NCBI GenBank assembly: GCA_964618625.1
Contig: CAZUBI010000001.1
Coordinates: forward strand, 332,266-396,265
DNA: 64,000 nt
Direction of reading: 5' to 3'
Source: an uncultured Candidatus Saccharibacteria bacterium
Lineage (GTDB): Bacteria > Patescibacteriota > Minisyncoccia > UBA6257
In this document: positions 28,008 through 37,276 of the stretch, piece by piece
How the letters are laid out: each line of letters begins with the position of its first letter
How positions within the stretch are numbered: the stretch's first letter is position 1
Made by a program: the position numbers and the translations under genes
Notes under the pieces: model-generated
Database searches by the model: none
Seen by the model: the letters and a program-made list of their open reading frames with translations, nothing else
Told to the model about the DNA's origin: nothing

Positions 28008-28391
28008 TTAGAGCGAAGTATTTAAAATATCTGGATTAATTGTATAGAGAACAATATAAAAAGCAAATAATAAAAGAAGTCCAATAATAGCGCCTGTGAT
28101 TCTTTCTTGGGCGTCTTTTTGTTGGGCAGTATTACCACCAGAAGTAAGATATTGAAAACCAGCATAAACAATCATAGCAAAAGCCAGAATTCCAGCAAGA
28201 CGAAAAGCCCACCAGATTAAAACACTTATTAAACCCATTGGAGTTTTGGCTACTCCACCAGCACTACCAGCGTCATCTGCTGCAAAGACTAAAATTGGAC
28301 CAAGTATAAGTGGGTTTAATACAGTACAAATAATTATAATCAGTAAAACAGGCTTGATCGTTCTCATAAAACAAAGATTTCCTAAATTCAT
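28008..28391 (-). CDS. TrbC/VirB2-family T4SS pilin
   Basis: 127 aa: a signal peptide and two hydrophobic helices, VYAGFQYLTSGGN...AIIGLLLLFA. Confidence 0.55.
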   Translation of the reverse strand: MNLGNLCFMRTIKPVLLIIIICTVLNPLILGPILVFAADDAGSAGGVAKTPMGLISVLIWWAFRLAGILAFAMIVYAGFQYLTSGGNTAQQKDAQERITGAIIGLLLLFAFYIVLYTINPDILNTSL

Positions 28392-28413
28392 AAATTCTAT
28401 TCTTTTATTAAGT

Positions 28414-29112
28414 TTATTTAAAAGGTGTAATTTCTCCTGGCTTAGTGAATCCTGGAATTCCTATTTCCCATTGATAAGATTCAAAAATTGGGTATTGAAT
28501 TGTCTGTATATTAGAAGGAGCTGGTGGTGCTGGTAATGTCTGTAGAAATGCCTGTAGAATTTCATTTAAAATTATTGGGCATATTTGAGTAATAAGAATA
28601 GCCATTGGGGTGCCAATTGTTGTGCCAAGAACCATTATATTCGCAGCTGCATCTGAAAGTGATTTACAAATATGTTCAATGTCTATGTGTTTAAGTAATA
28701 AACCTAAAATCCAACTTTTGACAAGTCCTGAAATATCATTATTTCCGTTCATTGCGCTTATAACCAATAATTTTAAGTCTTCTGGGATGACTCCATTATT
28801 CTGTATTATATTTATGAGTTCCTCTTTAACAGCATCTGTAATGTTTTCGTCATTTTGTATTGAGTCTATGAGATATGGTTTTAAATTTTCCGGAATCTCT
28901 TGGCTGTTTTGTATTATGCTTATAAGTTCATTTTGGGTAAGTTCTGCTAATTCTGCGCCATCATTGAGATTTGTCATTGTGTCGAAGACTTCCTGCGGAT
29001 TCATAAAAGCTTGAGTTTGTGTTGGGGCTAAAAATAAACTACCTAATCCCAAATTTAATATAAAAACAATTAATGCTATAGCCTTTGTTTTTTTGAAGAT
29101 ATTTTTAAACAT
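28414..29112 (-). CDS. Secreted hypothetical protein with internal repeats (T4SS cluster)
   Basis: Signal peptide present. The motif ELI.IIQN..IPE.LK is repeated. Confidence 0.3.
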   Translation of the reverse strand: MFKNIFKKTKAIALIVFILNLGLGSLFLAPTQTQAFMNPQEVFDTMTNLNDGAELAELTQNELISIIQNSQEIPENLKPYLIDSIQNDENITDAVKEELINIIQNNGVIPEDLKLLVISAMNGNNDISGLVKSWILGLLLKHIDIEHICKSLSDAAANIMVLGTTIGTPMAILITQICPIILNEILQAFLQTLPAPPAPSNIQTIQYPIFESYQWEIGIPGFTKPGEITPFK

Positions 29113-29134
29113 GTTATTTTTTATTTAAAAATGA

Positions 29135-29503
29135 TTAGATCTTTTTTGACGATGTTGCAGATGTAAGTTTGGTTACAGATGTAAGTTTAGTCGCTGTTTT
29201 TATTGCTTTCTTAATAGGCGCTGGTGATTTTTGAAATGCATAGACAAGTATAACAGTTAAAGTGGCAATGGGCAAAATACTGGCAAATGGTATAAGGTCC
29301 AATGCTTGACCAATAAAAATCCATGTACCTCTTATTCCGCTGAGAAGTGTAATAACAAAGATATAAATGACGAGAGGCAGGACAATAATCCAAACAAAGA
29401 GGTTAATTCCGGGAATAAACCCCAAAAAGATTTCTATAACATCTTTGATAATGGCTGTTATAAGCAAGAATAAAAATATTGTTAAGCTCATTTTATTTTC
29501 CAT
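29135..29503 (-). CDS. Polytopic small membrane protein (T4SS cluster)
   Basis: 122 aa with three TM segments. Confidence 0.3.
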   Translation of the reverse strand: MENKMSLTIFLFLLITAIIKDVIEIFLGFIPGINLFVWIIVLPLVIYIFVITLLSGIRGTWIFIGQALDLIPFASILPIATLTVILVYAFQKSPAPIKKAIKTATKLTSVTKLTSATSSKKI

Positions 29504-29513
29504 AGAATAATAT

Positions 29514-31304
29514 TTATTCTTTTTTGAACTCTTCTTTAGCTTTTCTAATATCTATAAGTTGAGCTGGGTTTGAAGTAATAATTTGGTCTTCAGCATAAGA
29601 AGCGATAATCTGAATAGCAGCATGTTTGTCTTCTGCAAAAAAGAGACCTGTTCCAACAGAAGCTTGCAAAAGGATGGTCTTTTCCTGTTCTGTAAGATTT
29701 AAGGCTTTGCCTATAATATCAATATTGGCAGGTGATTGTCTTAGTAAAAGGGCTAAAGCAGAGTTGGTAATTAATGGTTTTCCATATGGCGAGCTTAAAG
29801 CGTCTTCTATATCCTGCGTAATAAAAGTTACTCCCATATAATATTTTCGTGCTCTTTTAACTAAACCAAACAAGAAAGAAGCGCTTTCTTCATGAGCTAA
29901 TAACCACCATCCTTCATCTATTATTACAATTCTTTTTCTTAAATCCTTTTTTACCATTGTCCATATGTAATTTAATACTACATACATGGCAATAGGCCTG
30001 AGTTCTTCTTCCAATTCCCTTACCCCAAAGACAACTAAACGATTGTTAATATTAATATTTGATGGTTGATTAAGGAAGCCAGAATAGCTTCCTCTAGTGA
30101 ATTTATAAAGTTTTGCAGCTAAATCTTCGCCTCCCTCTGTATTTTTAAGAACACTCTCTAGATCTTCCATTAATGGTAAATTTTTCTTTTCAGCGATATT
30201 TTCAGGAAAAATATCCCGACTTGCGTATGTTTGTACAATGGCTCTATCTAGCATAAGTTCTTCTTGAGGAGAAAGGCCTTTAAGCATTAACTTAATTAGG
30301 CCGATAAGATTTAAAATATGGTTGCGAAAAACTTCTTCACCAGTTTCTTCTTTTTTTACTGCAGGAAGTTCAAATGGATTAATATTATCATCAGAAGCAA
30401 CAGATATTTTAAAGTAGCTTCCGCTGATTGAATCAGCCAAGTATTCATATTCATTTTCCGGATCAATAATTAATACATTAGTTCCTAATAATAATGAACG
30501 AAGGATTTCTAATTTTATAGCATAACTTTTTCCTGCGCCTGTTTGGGCAAAAACTACCATATTGGCATTTGGCAAAACAAAGCGGTCAAAAATAATCAAG
30601 CTATTATTATGTAAGTTGACGCCATAAAGGATTCCTTTGTTTTCTGAAAGGTCTAAAGAAGAAAAAGGGAAAAGGGTTGAAGCTGGTTGTGAATTCAAGG
30701 GAGTAGTTAATAATAATCTATCTATTCCCAATGGTAAGGAAGATTCCATTCCTTCGAATTCTCTGAAGACAGTTGGTTTTGCGTAAATTAACTGCTGTTC
30801 TAGTATATTTTTGATTTTACTTTCTATTTTTATAAGCTCCTCCTTGTCATTGGCAAAAAAAGTAATATAAACACCCACTTCAAAAAGTTTTTCACTACCT
30901 TGCTGGACTGTATCTCTTAGTTTTTCAATATTACTTAAAGCAGCTTCTAATAAGGGGTTACGAACTAATCCTTTATCTGCCTCAATGCTTAATTGAGCTT
31001 GAATTTCCGCAGATTTTTTTCTTAAATTTCTTAAAACCTTATTAATGTTAAGTGGATGAAAGAAGATTGAGATATTAAAAGATTCATCTAAATTAATAGT
31101 TGAGGAAAACCAATTAGAGGCTAAATAATTTGGGTAAGTTAGGATAAAAAGAGTTGAACAATATTTATTTCCTAATTTGAGAAAGTTAGTATTAATTTCT
31201 AATCCAGCAGGGGAAATTAAGTCCTGAAGAGTAGAAACAGCCTGGGATTGGGCTAATATTTGCGGGTTTTTAGGTTTTCTTTTAAATAAATTTGGAAAAC
31301 GCAT
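29514..31304 (-). CDS. VirB4/TrbE-family T4SS ATPase, C-terminal ATPase portion
   Basis: Walker A FAQTGAGKS and Walker B VIIDEGWWLL are present. It is in frame with the upstream ORF, separated only by TAA plus one codon. Confidence 0.8.
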   Translation of the reverse strand: MRFPNLFKRKPKNPQILAQSQAVSTLQDLISPAGLEINTNFLKLGNKYCSTLFILTYPNYLASNWFSSTINLDESFNISIFFHPLNINKVLRNLRKKSAEIQAQLSIEADKGLVRNPLLEAALSNIEKLRDTVQQGSEKLFEVGVYITFFANDKEELIKIESKIKNILEQQLIYAKPTVFREFEGMESSLPLGIDRLLLTTPLNSQPASTLFPFSSLDLSENKGILYGVNLHNNSLIIFDRFVLPNANMVVFAQTGAGKSYAIKLEILRSLLLGTNVLIIDPENEYEYLADSISGSYFKISVASDDNINPFELPAVKKEETGEEVFRNHILNLIGLIKLMLKGLSPQEELMLDRAIVQTYASRDIFPENIAEKKNLPLMEDLESVLKNTEGGEDLAAKLYKFTRGSYSGFLNQPSNININNRLVVFGVRELEEELRPIAMYVVLNYIWTMVKKDLRKRIVIIDEGWWLLAHEESASFLFGLVKRARKYYMGVTFITQDIEDALSSPYGKPLITNSALALLLRQSPANIDIIGKALNLTEQEKTILLQASVGTGLFFAEDKHAAIQIIASYAEDQIITSNPAQLIDIRKAKEEFKKE

Positions 31305-31307
31305 ATT

Positions 31308-31988
31308 TTATTGGTTAAATTCTTCTGGAATATTTATCGACTCTCTTTCAAAAGCCTCTGGATTATATGAATTAAAAAATAATTCAATTAATTCTTTAGT
31401 AGTCAATGGGCGTGATTGTAATCCCATTCTGGTTAAATTTGTAATGATATTATTTTGTCTGATTATTAATTGTTGATAATGCTGGTTGAAATTTTCATCA
31501 GAAAGAGGGATTGTGGCGGAAAATGCCTGGTGTCTTAAATTAAGCAATGCTTTATAAGCTTCCAATATTTGGCTTAATGCGGTTCTTGGTTTGAACATAA
31601 TAGGGTCATAAGGCACTATTACATAGAACTTTTTTTTCATAATATTGTTTCCAGTAACAAGTCCTTTGATAAATGTATAATAATCCTCCCCCTGAAGTTT
31701 AAGCAGATTATTTGTTTCTTGGTCAATTCTTTCCCGAAGAAAATTTAAATAGGATTCAATATTAACGCGCCTAGAATGAGCTACAACTTGTAATGGAAAA
31801 TCTAAGTTATTTATAAGATTGCGCCAGCTCATTAACACAGAAGATTGTTCTTCTTCCGATTTTAAATCAAAATTTATACCTGACACTTCTAAAACTGAAC
31901 GGAGCGAACCGTTTTTAAGAATAATTACCCCCTTTCTAATTTGTTGAAGGGAAATAAGTGACTGGCTGCTGAAAGTTTCTTTGGGCAT
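31308..31988 (-). CDS. VirB4 N-terminal domain encoded as a separate ORF
   Basis: KGVIILKNGSLRSVLEVSGINFDLKSEEEQSSVLMSWRNLINNLDFPLQVV matches the CagE/TrbE/VirB4 N-terminal motif. Its stop codon is at 31308..31310, and the ATG of the ATPase ORF is at 31302..31304 in the same frame. Confidence 0.55.
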   Translation of the reverse strand: MPKETFSSQSLISLQQIRKGVIILKNGSLRSVLEVSGINFDLKSEEEQSSVLMSWRNLINNLDFPLQVVAHSRRVNIESYLNFLRERIDQETNNLLKLQGEDYYTFIKGLVTGNNIMKKKFYVIVPYDPIMFKPRTALSQILEAYKALLNLRHQAFSATIPLSDENFNQHYQQLIIRQNNIITNLTRMGLQSRPLTTKELIELFFNSYNPEAFERESINIPEEFNQ

Positions 31989-32405
31989 CTATTTATCTAA
32001 TATATCGGTTAATTGTTTAAGAGTTTTTTTGTCCAATTGTTTTTTAATCTGTGTTTTTACTGTAGGCTTAGGCTTTTGGGGAACAGAATAAGATATTTTC
32101 GAAAAAGTTTTTTCTTTTTTCCATAGATAGTATTTTGGAAGCCAAAAATGCCTGATTGCGGCCATAGCAAGCGTATAAATTGGAACGCTATGGATTTTTC
32201 CAAATGCAAGGGAAAAACCGATTGGAGCGAGAATTATTGCTAAAATTAACCAAAGCCATGATTTTAAAACAGAAAAAAGTAAAAGAATGAGTCCTCCAAA
32301 AGATAATAAAATCCATAATTGGGTAAAGGTAATCCAACCCATTAATTTTGTCTCCTCTTTTATAAACTGAGGTACTTGATAAGCCATATTTTTAAGCTTC
32401 ACCAA
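31989..32405 (-). CDS. VirB3-like small two-TM protein
   Basis: 138 aa with two TM segments. It sits immediately upstream of the VirB4 N-terminal ORF with stop/start coupling (TAGATG). Confidence 0.35.
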   Translation of the reverse strand: MVKLKNMAYQVPQFIKEETKLMGWITFTQLWILLSFGGLILLLFSVLKSWLWLILAIILAPIGFSLAFGKIHSVPIYTLAMAAIRHFWLPKYYLWKKEKTFSKISYSVPQKPKPTVKTQIKKQLDKKTLKQLTDILDK

Positions 32406-33279
32406 AAGGACTTTTCTTCTGATGTTTTTTATAAGGAATAGGCTCTTGAATAGTGGGGGTTTTTTCCTTTCTCTTTTTTTCTTCTTTTAATTTAACGTCA
32501 AGAATATATGGTTTTTCTTTCTTAGTTTTTACAAAAGTTTCTTCATCCTCGAATTCTTTTCCTTCACCACTCAAAACTTTAGAAGATGCCACTTCTCCCA
32601 TAGGTTTTTTTCCTAGCGGCTTTTTCTCTTCTTTAGGCAATGGCTTTTTTAAAGAAACCTTTTGCATTTCTTCAACAATCTTTGGTTGATCATTTTTTTT
32701 CTGCATTGCCGCTAATAGTTTTTCTCGAATTTTTTCTTGTTGTTCAGCAGAAACTTTTGGAGCAACGACTTTTTTTAATTCTTCTATCTTACTGACTGGT
32801 TTTTCCACTTTTACTTCAGATGGTTCAGGGAAAGAATATTCAGGAATAATTTGTTCAGAAGGTATTCGTTCTGCGATAGTTTGTTCAATTTTTTCTTTCG
32901 TAATAGGCTTTATCTTTGGGGGACCTAAAGGATCTTGCGGAATTCTTTGCTCTAAAGGTTGGGGTTTGTATTGACTCAATTCTTTTTCAAACATTTTAAA
33001 GATTTTTTCTTCAATTACTTTGTGAACAATTTGAGCCGCTATTGGAGGAATATTAATTCTTTTTTCTAACTCACCCCTGAATTGGTCTTTAGGCAATTGA
33101 AAAGATAAAGCTTCTGTTAGGATGTCCATAACTTCAGAAAATTTTTCAGATGAAACTTTACCTAAATTTAAAGCATCATCTATTATTACCCCCATTTTAT
33201 CAGAAGCCAAAAAATCCTGAATAGATGTTGGAAGTTTATTATACAATTCTAAGAATTCTTTTTTTTTCTTTTTTTCCAT
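32392..33279 (-). CDS. Lys/Glu/Pro-rich hypothetical protein (T4SS cluster)
   Basis: The track ORF extends to 33402, but the likely start is MEKKKKK at 33279. The sequence is low complexity. Confidence 0.3.
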   Translation of the reverse strand: MEKKKKKEFLELYNKLPTSIQDFLASDKMGVIIDDALNLGKVSSEKFSEVMDILTEALSFQLPKDQFRGELEKRINIPPIAAQIVHKVIEEKIFKMFEKELSQYKPQPLEQRIPQDPLGPPKIKPITKEKIEQTIAERIPSEQIIPEYSFPEPSEVKVEKPVSKIEELKKVVAPKVSAEQQEKIREKLLAAMQKKNDQPKIVEEMQKVSLKKPLPKEEKKPLGKKPMGEVASSKVLSGEGKEFEDEETFVKTKKEKPYILDVKLKEEKKRKEKTPTIQEPIPYKKHQKKSPFGEA

Positions 33280-33295
33280 TTTTCTTACTATAGAA

Positions 33296-35476
33296 TTAAC
33301 GTAGCAGTTCCCTGAAAAAAGGATTTCTATTGAATCTTTTATTCCTAAGGTAATCTTTAGCATCTTTTTGTGGTCCGATTTTTCGTTGTACAGACTCCAC
33401 AAATTCTTGCACCCATTTTGTTTGTTTTTCAGTATTCATTGGCCTAATCATAGCAGCAAAGCCTTCAGGGGGAACATTCTTATCCAAAAGAGAGTGGAAG
33501 AATTGATCGCTATATTGCGTACCCATTTTTTCTAATCTGCCAAGGATGTTATCCCAATTCCCTGATTTTATAGTTTCAGGAGAAGACTCCCGTACCCTTT
33601 TTGAAATAAGATTTATCTCAACACGTTTTCTGGCCTCGTTATCAGAAATTCCTGGCATACTTTTTCTAATTTGTGTTAATTCTTTGTTCATATCTTCAAA
33701 CGTTGTAAAGAATTTTACATAAAGTTCAGGGTGAGCTTTTTTAAGTCCCGGAACGTTCAAATTAGGTTGATTTTGGGCTATTTGAAGAAATTTTGTATCT
33801 TTTTCCGTTTCCAATTTGTTTTTTTCTATTAGAGCGTTAAGACCTACAGCAATTCTTCCTCTATCACCTTTATGTACTTCCATATCAGCCCTAATTTGAT
33901 CTGGGCCTCTTCCTTTATAATCTTCTTCAATTTGTTTTAGTTCAGTTGCTCGAATTTTTCCAGGCTGCCTACTCATCCAAACCCCTATGTCATGTGTAGG
34001 TGCAAATTTGCTGCTTTCTAATTTTTCTTGAGCTTTTCTCCATGTTTCTGAGCCCGTGACTCCTTTTAATGCTTTATAACCAATAAAGGCGCCAGCTGCT
34101 GCTCCAGCCTTAGTGGCTTGTTTCATAACTAATTGAGATGCTGCTCCACCTCCTTGAAGAGAGAAAATCAATCCTCCAACCAAAAACATAGAGAATAAAA
34201 CCATCTGTATTATTGTTGCGGCCATTGGACTTTCAGTACCAATTGATGGCATCTTATTCATTACTGTTAAAGCAAGGTATAAAGTGAATGCAAATATTAC
34301 AGGGAAAAAACACCATTTTAGGAAATTGCTCCACCACATTTTCCAGTACTTTTCTGTGTCAGGAAAAATCCAAGCTGCGAAAACAATTGGCGATAATCCT
34401 AGAAGGATAATTATTAAAAGGTTCCTAACGATTATGGTCAAGAAAATCGCTAATAAAGCAATGACAGCAAAGCCACCAACGAGAATCATAATAAAGCTGA
34501 TAATAAAGAAATTACCAAGGCGCAATGAATAGCTTTTTACTTCTTTTTCTGGGTCCTCATCGCTAATTATCCCTGTTGTTTTATATTTATCAACACCAAA
34601 TATAGAAGGAGGGTCATATTGGCCAATTATGCCAGGTGTTGTGGTTGCAACATAACCATAGCCTTCCATTATACGAGGGGCAATGCTTTCATTATTTTCT
34701 TGAGAAATGCTTAAGAAATATCCAGTAAGATAATTGGAAATATCTACAATCATTCCTGCTATAACTAAGCTAAAGTTTACTAATAAGGCAACAATTATTA
34801 ATTTCCAAAGAATTTGTTTCCAAGCGTATTTTTTATAGCCAACTATAGTAGCAATAGCAATACCTATGAATCCTAAAACTAAAAGAGCATTTACAATATT
34901 GCGTAACATTGTCCATATTGTTTGAACTCCGGGATTGTTAATAAACCCGCCATAGGTGTCGGGCTTTAATGCTTTTAATATCCAGTCTATTTCCAAATTT
35001 ATTATCCCGGCAAACATTTTACCAAAACCTTCTAATACACCCTTTACAATAAAACACCATTGTTTAACAAAAAACCCTTGCATTTCGCATACGAATTTAT
35101 TTGTTCCGTCGTCCATGCATTTGTTTATCCAGTCATTAGCGCTTATATTGCAAATTTCCTCAGCGTTCTTTTCTTGAAGTGTAACTTTTACTGTATGAAG
35201 GCCGTGTTGTCCGACTTGAGTGGTTCCAGCATCAGGGTCTGGAATACAACATTTAGGTTTTCCAACGCCAGAAGGACAAATTAGGGAGTTGTCCTGAACA
35301 TAGCCTGATTTACATGATATTTTGTTCGCCTCACAATAACCTCCTTGCGATTCACATGTTTGGTCATTTTCATCAGCATTTGCTTCAGGAGTTGTAAATT
35401 TTAAAATAGGGCTAATTAGCAAAGCAAAAACCACGATGCTAAAAATCCCGATTTTTAATATATTTTTTGTTTTCAT
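33296..35476 (-). CDS. VirB6/TrbL-like polytopic membrane protein with an N-terminal secreted Cys-rich domain
   Basis: The track ORF starts with GTG at 35563. The ATG at 35476 gives a signal peptide MKTKNILKIGIFSIVVFALL. There are at least six TM helices and a Cys-rich region CESQGGYCEANKISCKSG...KPKCC. Confidence 0.5.
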   Translation of the reverse strand: MKTKNILKIGIFSIVVFALLISPILKFTTPEANADENDQTCESQGGYCEANKISCKSGYVQDNSLICPSGVGKPKCCIPDPDAGTTQVGQHGLHTVKVTLQEKNAEEICNISANDWINKCMDDGTNKFVCEMQGFFVKQWCFIVKGVLEGFGKMFAGIINLEIDWILKALKPDTYGGFINNPGVQTIWTMLRNIVNALLVLGFIGIAIATIVGYKKYAWKQILWKLIIVALLVNFSLVIAGMIVDISNYLTGYFLSISQENNESIAPRIMEGYGYVATTTPGIIGQYDPPSIFGVDKYKTTGIISDEDPEKEVKSYSLRLGNFFIISFIMILVGGFAVIALLAIFLTIIVRNLLIIILLGLSPIVFAAWIFPDTEKYWKMWWSNFLKWCFFPVIFAFTLYLALTVMNKMPSIGTESPMAATIIQMVLFSMFLVGGLIFSLQGGGAASQLVMKQATKAGAAAGAFIGYKALKGVTGSETWRKAQEKLESSKFAPTHDIGVWMSRQPGKIRATELKQIEEDYKGRGPDQIRADMEVHKGDRGRIAVGLNALIEKNKLETEKDTKFLQIAQNQPNLNVPGLKKAHPELYVKFFTTFEDMNKELTQIRKSMPGISDNEARKRVEINLISKRVRESSPETIKSGNWDNILGRLEKMGTQYSDQFFHSLLDKNVPPEGFAAMIRPMNTEKQTKWVQEFVESVQRKIGPQKDAKDYLRNKRFNRNPFFRELLR

Positions 35477-35520
35477 ATTAATGATTTTTATATTTTTCTT
35501 ATTATAATTACACAATTTTA

Positions 35521-36339
35521 TTATACAATATTTTTGATTAACAAGGAAGAAAGAGAAATCCACTCTTTTATGGAAAGATTTTGCGCCCTGGTATTTGAGG
35601 GAAGATTTAATTTTAAAAATATTTTTTGAACAAAATCTTTTTCTAAATTTAGATTTTTAGAGAGGTTATTAATAAGCAGTTTTCTTGGTTGTTTAAAACC
35701 AGCCTTTACAATACTAAAGAAATTTTTGGTTTGTGTTCTATTCATGTTCTCTTTTGTATCCATTGGAGTTATTCTCACAACAGCAGAGTCTACTTTAGGT
35801 TTTGGATAAAAAACGGTTTTTGAGACATGACAAATAATTTCTGATTTTGCATAAAATTGCACCGAAGTAGATAGAAGATTCATTTTTGGTGGTTGGGCCA
35901 TTATTCTTTCAGCCACTTCTTTTTGTATCATTAAAACTATTAGCTTGGGTTTGATGGATTTTTCTAAAAGTAAACGCAAAAGTCGCGAAGTTAAATAATA
36001 AGGAATATTACCTATTACTTTGTATTGAGTGTTGAGTATTGAGTATTGAGTATAAAATTGATTAGTTTTTAGAAGATTGCGAATATCTGCGTTGATAATC
36101 TGTAGGTTCGATTTATTCTGAAAAAGGTCTTCAAGGAATTTTACTAATTTAATATCTTTTTCAACAGCAATTATTTTAGCGTCAGTTTTCAAAAGGACTT
36201 TGGTTAAAACGCCTTTTCCGGGTCCAATTTCCAAGATTTGATCTTTGGATTTAATATCTGCTGCCTGGATAATCTTTTGCACAACATTATTGTCTTTAAG
36301 AAAAACTTGCCCTAATTTTTTTTGTTTTTTTGTTATCAT
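35521..36339 (-). CDS. rsmA: 16S rRNA (adenine1518/1519-N6)-dimethyltransferase
   Basis: LGQVFLKDNNVVQKII...ILEIGPGKGVLT, i.e. a SAM motif I. Confidence 0.85.
   Translation of the reverse strand: MITKKQKKLGQVFLKDNNVVQKIIQAADIKSKDQILEIGPGKGVLTKVLLKTDAKIIAVEKDIKLVKFLEDLFQNKSNLQIINADIRNLLKTNQFYTQYSILNTQYKVIGNIPYYLTSRLLRLLLEKSIKPKLIVLMIQKEVAERIMAQPPKMNLLSTSVQFYAKSEIICHVSKTVFYPKPKVDSAVVRITPMDTKENMNRTQTKNFFSIVKAGFKQPRKLLINNLSKNLNLEKDFVQKIFLKLNLPSNTRAQNLSIKEWISLSSLLIKNIV
36005..36032. repeat. Heptamer microsatellite (TTGAGTR)x4 inside the rsmA coding sequence
   Basis: The sequence reads ttgagtg ttgagta ttgagta ttgagta. It encodes the insert QYSILNTQY. Confidence 0.5.
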
Positions 36340-36406
36340 ATAGATTTTGACAAAAGTATTTATAATGGTAAAATAGAAAGATAGTTAAAATAATTATATA
36401 AAAATA

Positions 36407-37090
36407 ATGAATAAAAAAACATATACAAATTTGGTTATCATTGGCTTAGCTATAATAGCAATTGTTGCAGTCTTGTTTATAAGAAGCATGGGCAATCAAA
36501 ATATTTATACTGGATTCTTAAAGCCTGGAGAAGGCGCTTGGTCTGAAATTATGAATGGTGCAGAAGAATCACAGAGAATAGTTTATTTAGGAGAAAAGAT
36601 TGTTCATAATACACGGGCATATGGAGTAGAAATTGAGTCAATTGTTTCTGAAAATGAAAGTGCTATTACGCAGGTATGGCGGGATAAAGAATCAAACGAG
36701 ATAGTGGAGATTGTTAGTAAATTAAAAGGGAAAGATGAAGTGATTTGTATAAATGATTCTTTAATGGAAATACTTATACCTTCGTTTAGTTCCTTGCTTC
36801 CAGCCATAGAAACACCAGAAAAATATAGTTCAAATAATAAATATATTTATGATACTTTTACTACTAACACTGGAAAAACAATTCAAATAGCGAAGTTCAT
36901 AGACGAAAACGATATTGAGATATGGATTAGCAGTGAAGTTCCATTTGGTATTGTGAAAATTGTAAATAATACAACAGGAGAAATCACATCCTATTTACAG
37001 GATTTTGGTCTAAGTGGAGGTAAACCGAAAATTTCTGAGGTAGAGATGATTAATTGTAAAAGAATGAATTTTCCTAATTTAACCGAATAG
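36407..37090 (+). CDS. Membrane-anchored hypothetical protein
   Basis: N-terminal TM segment; 227 aa. Confidence 0.3.
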   Translation: MNKKTYTNLVIIGLAIIAIVAVLFIRSMGNQNIYTGFLKPGEGAWSEIMNGAEESQRIVYLGEKIVHNTRAYGVEIESIVSENESAITQVWRDKESNEIVEIVSKLKGKDEVICINDSLMEILIPSFSSLLPAIETPEKYSSNNKYIYDTFTTNTGKTIQIAKFIDENDIEIWISSEVPFGIVKIVNNTTGEITSYLQDFGLSGGKPKISEVEMINCKRMNFPNLTE

Positions 37091-37177
37091 ACTAAAGGAT
37101 ATATTTTGTTTGCCCCGTTAGAAGTATTGTTTCTGACGGGGTTGACATTCAAACTATCTTTGATAGAATTATTGATA

Positions 37178-37199
37178 AGGCCTTCAAAAAGGCTTTTTT
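37178..37199 (+). terminator. Rho-independent terminator
   Basis: GCCTT-caaa-AAGGC followed by TTTTTT. Confidence 0.45.
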
Positions 37200-37276
37200 A
37201 ATAGCATTTATTCTAAATTACCATTTTTACCTGGAAAGTACAACTTAATAAAGGAATAAGGAGTATCAATCATTTA

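Noticed and set aside
31302-31310. Possibility that the genome uses an alternative genetic code (UGA=Gly, code 25) explaining the split VirB4
   Set aside because: The interrupting codon is TAA, not TGA. Long conserved genes (gyrB, pheT, valS, PBP1A) are intact under the standard code.
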